Source: a virus
Taxonomy: Duplodnaviria > Caudoviricetes
Reading direction: 5' to 3' (one strand)
IMG/VR virus record: IMGVR_UViG_3300024500_000038
Location: 1-56,064 of that record
Length of the DNA: 56,064 nucleotides
A program made the position numbers and the translations under genes. Shown here in pieces: positions 54,676-56,064 of this stretch (its first letter is position 1; each line of letters starts with the position of its first letter). The notes beneath the pieces are model-generated. The model saw only the letters and a program-made list of their open reading frames with translations. It did no database searches and had not been told where the DNA came from.

Positions 54676-55239
54676 ATGAGTGAACATGACATTGATAAAG
54701 TGCGCGCGATAATTAAGGCGTCGTCGGTCTTGGCGTCTGGTATAGAGTGCGCGCTATTGGCGGCGGGTTGCCATCGCGCTTATGCAAAACAAATAAGCTT
54801 TGATGTCGTATTTGAGTGGGCGCGCCTTAGCGGATCGGATCCATACCGCGCTCCGCGTGCTAGTGTGGGATCTGTGGCCGCTATGGTGGCGGGGTATTAC
54901 CGGCTGGCGGTGTGCTGGGATTATCCCGATGATGTCGCGGCAGGTGTGACGGCGCAAAAGCTCTGCGATACGGTCGCGGCTGTGTCTGCGCTTGATGGGC
55001 GGTGGTCGTTGGGTATCACATCGCCTCCTGTGCGCATTGTGCCTGTTGGCGTGTGGCGTTCGATGTCTGCTGATGGGGTCGCGCGCTTATTGGTTGCTGT
55101 ATCGCATGGTGTCCGAAGTCAAGGGGTGGATAATTTGACGCGGACACATCGTGATACCGGTTTTGCTCTGGTGTCTCTTGATGGGGAATTGCCGCTGTCG
55201 GCATATCTCGATCATGTCGCAGAGAATAAAGGGGAATAG
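54676..55239 (+). CDS. hypothetical protein
   Basis: ATG two nt after upstream stop. Confidence 0.6.
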   Translation: MSEHDIDKVRAIIKASSVLASGIECALLAAGCHRAYAKQISFDVVFEWARLSGSDPYRAPRASVGSVAAMVAGYYRLAVCWDYPDDVAAGVTAQKLCDTVAAVSALDGRWSLGITSPPVRIVPVGVWRSMSADGVARLLVAVSHGVRSQGVDNLTRTHRDTGFALVSLDGELPLSAYLDHVAENKGE

Positions 55240-55243
55240 TGTT

Positions 55244-55543
55244 ATGGGATTGGATTTTGAGGGCGCGTTGTTCGCGTGGTTAGGTTATGATTCCGACGCG
55301 GTGAAAAACGTCGTGTATGACATTGTGAAGGATCCAGACACGGGCGAATATGCCGATTCATACTTTAGTTGGGCTGGTTGCGATTGTTGCAACCTTGACG
55401 GGGCTACGCGTGGCGGGTCTGTCTATGACGTCAACATTATTGCATTCGGCGCAGGGTCTGAGATCATCGGCCAGACTCTGGCGCAGGTCTGCGGGGATTG
55501 CTTGTACGGTCTGGAGTATGGGGAGTGGCCAGATAATGAGTAG
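55244..55543 (+). CDS. Cys-containing hypothetical protein (possible Zn-binding)
   Basis: FSWAGCDCC...VCGDC; AGGGGA SD before ATG 55244. Confidence 0.65.
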   Translation: MGLDFEGALFAWLGYDSDAVKNVVYDIVKDPDTGEYADSYFSWAGCDCCNLDGATRGGSVYDVNIIAFGAGSEIIGQTLAQVCGDCLYGLEYGEWPDNE

Positions 55544-56064
55544 ACGCGAATTACCGGTTTTCACCGATTCGGTGATACCTAAAAGCGGGATAAGTTCCAA
55601 CGGTAAACTGGGCGGCTGTGGCGCTACCTATCGCGCGGTTGGTTGCGGCGTCGCGTCTGGTACCTGTCCGGCTACTTGTTCCTATCTTCCAGAGTCCGCA
55701 GGCGGTTTGCCTGCGGCGCTTTGGTCGGCGCGTCTGGTAGCGGGGGCGGCAGGTTTTCCGGCCGTGCAGGCGGCCGCGCTAGAATGGGCGGCGGATCTGG
55801 CCGCAGGGCGTGCCAAGCTTGATAGGTGTTACGTCTTGGGGGCGCCTGCGGAATTCTCCGCGCGGCGCGCGCCGGGGTTGGATTCGTCCACGGGTTTGAT
55901 TCCGGGCGGGCTTGATGTGCGTTTGCACGTTAGCGGGGATTTCCTCCGGGCAGATAGGCGGTTTGATGCGGCGCGTCTTACCCGTTGTATTGATTGGGAA
56001 TATGTCGATCGCGTTTGCGAATTTGCCGCTATGCATCGCGGCCGCTGTTGGGTTTATACTCAAG
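55536..56064 (+). CDS. GP88-like phage protein, truncated by window end (not in ORF track)
   Basis: Open frame to the end: SSNGKLG, TCPATC, CY, VRLHVSGDF, WVYT. Confidence 0.7.
   Translation, partial: MSRRELPVFTDSVIPKSGISSNGKLGGCGATYRAVGCGVASGTCPATCSYLPESAGGLPAALWSARLVAGAAGFPAVQAAALEWAADLAAGRAKLDRCYVLGAPAEFSARRAPGLDSSTGLIPGGLDVRLHVSGDFLRADRRFDAARLTRCIDWEYVDRVCEFAAMHRGRCWVYTQ

Noticed and set aside
1-56064. tRNA genes, integrase/attP, introns/inteins, stop-codon reassignment
   Set aside because: No cloverleaf or recombinase motifs seen by eye; TerL, DnaB and ThyX have normal lengths; genes tile densely under the standard code using all three stops.

Overview
Most of the genome of a tailed dsDNA phage with podovirus-like (P22/epsilon15-type) morphogenesis genes; the window ends inside an ORF. 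Layout: (i) 149-8030 (+) recombination/replication: VRR-NUC nuclease, ERF, Gam-like, LmbU-like, an O-like initiator with a 3x24-bp iteron origin, loader-like protein, DnaB, LuxR HTH. (ii) 7918-45001, almost all (-): TerS, TerL, portal, scaffold, major capsid, adaptors, holin, a duplicated three-gene tail-appendage cassette, nozzle, and three ejection-type proteins including a 3301-aa polyvalent-like protein. (iii) 45065-46405 (+) dUTPase, ThyX, LuxR HTH. (iv) 46435-51996 (-) SSB, CHAP endolysin, thermonuclease, XRE, MT-A70 methyltransferase and four DUF2829/Tad2-like genes, one fused to an HTH. (v) A GC-rich region from ~52 kb with probable early genes, a strand-skew flip, a G4 motif and ~13 co-oriented short hairpins with C-G(G)NN-G loops. 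Best leads: the Tad2-like expansion and HTH-Tad2 fusion, the hairpin array, a recurring GCARGTAT intergenic motif, and six leaderless -10/ATG starts including a symmetric bidirectional one at TerS. I saw no integrase, tRNA or CRISPR array. All family assignments are by-eye motif recognition; no database search was run.
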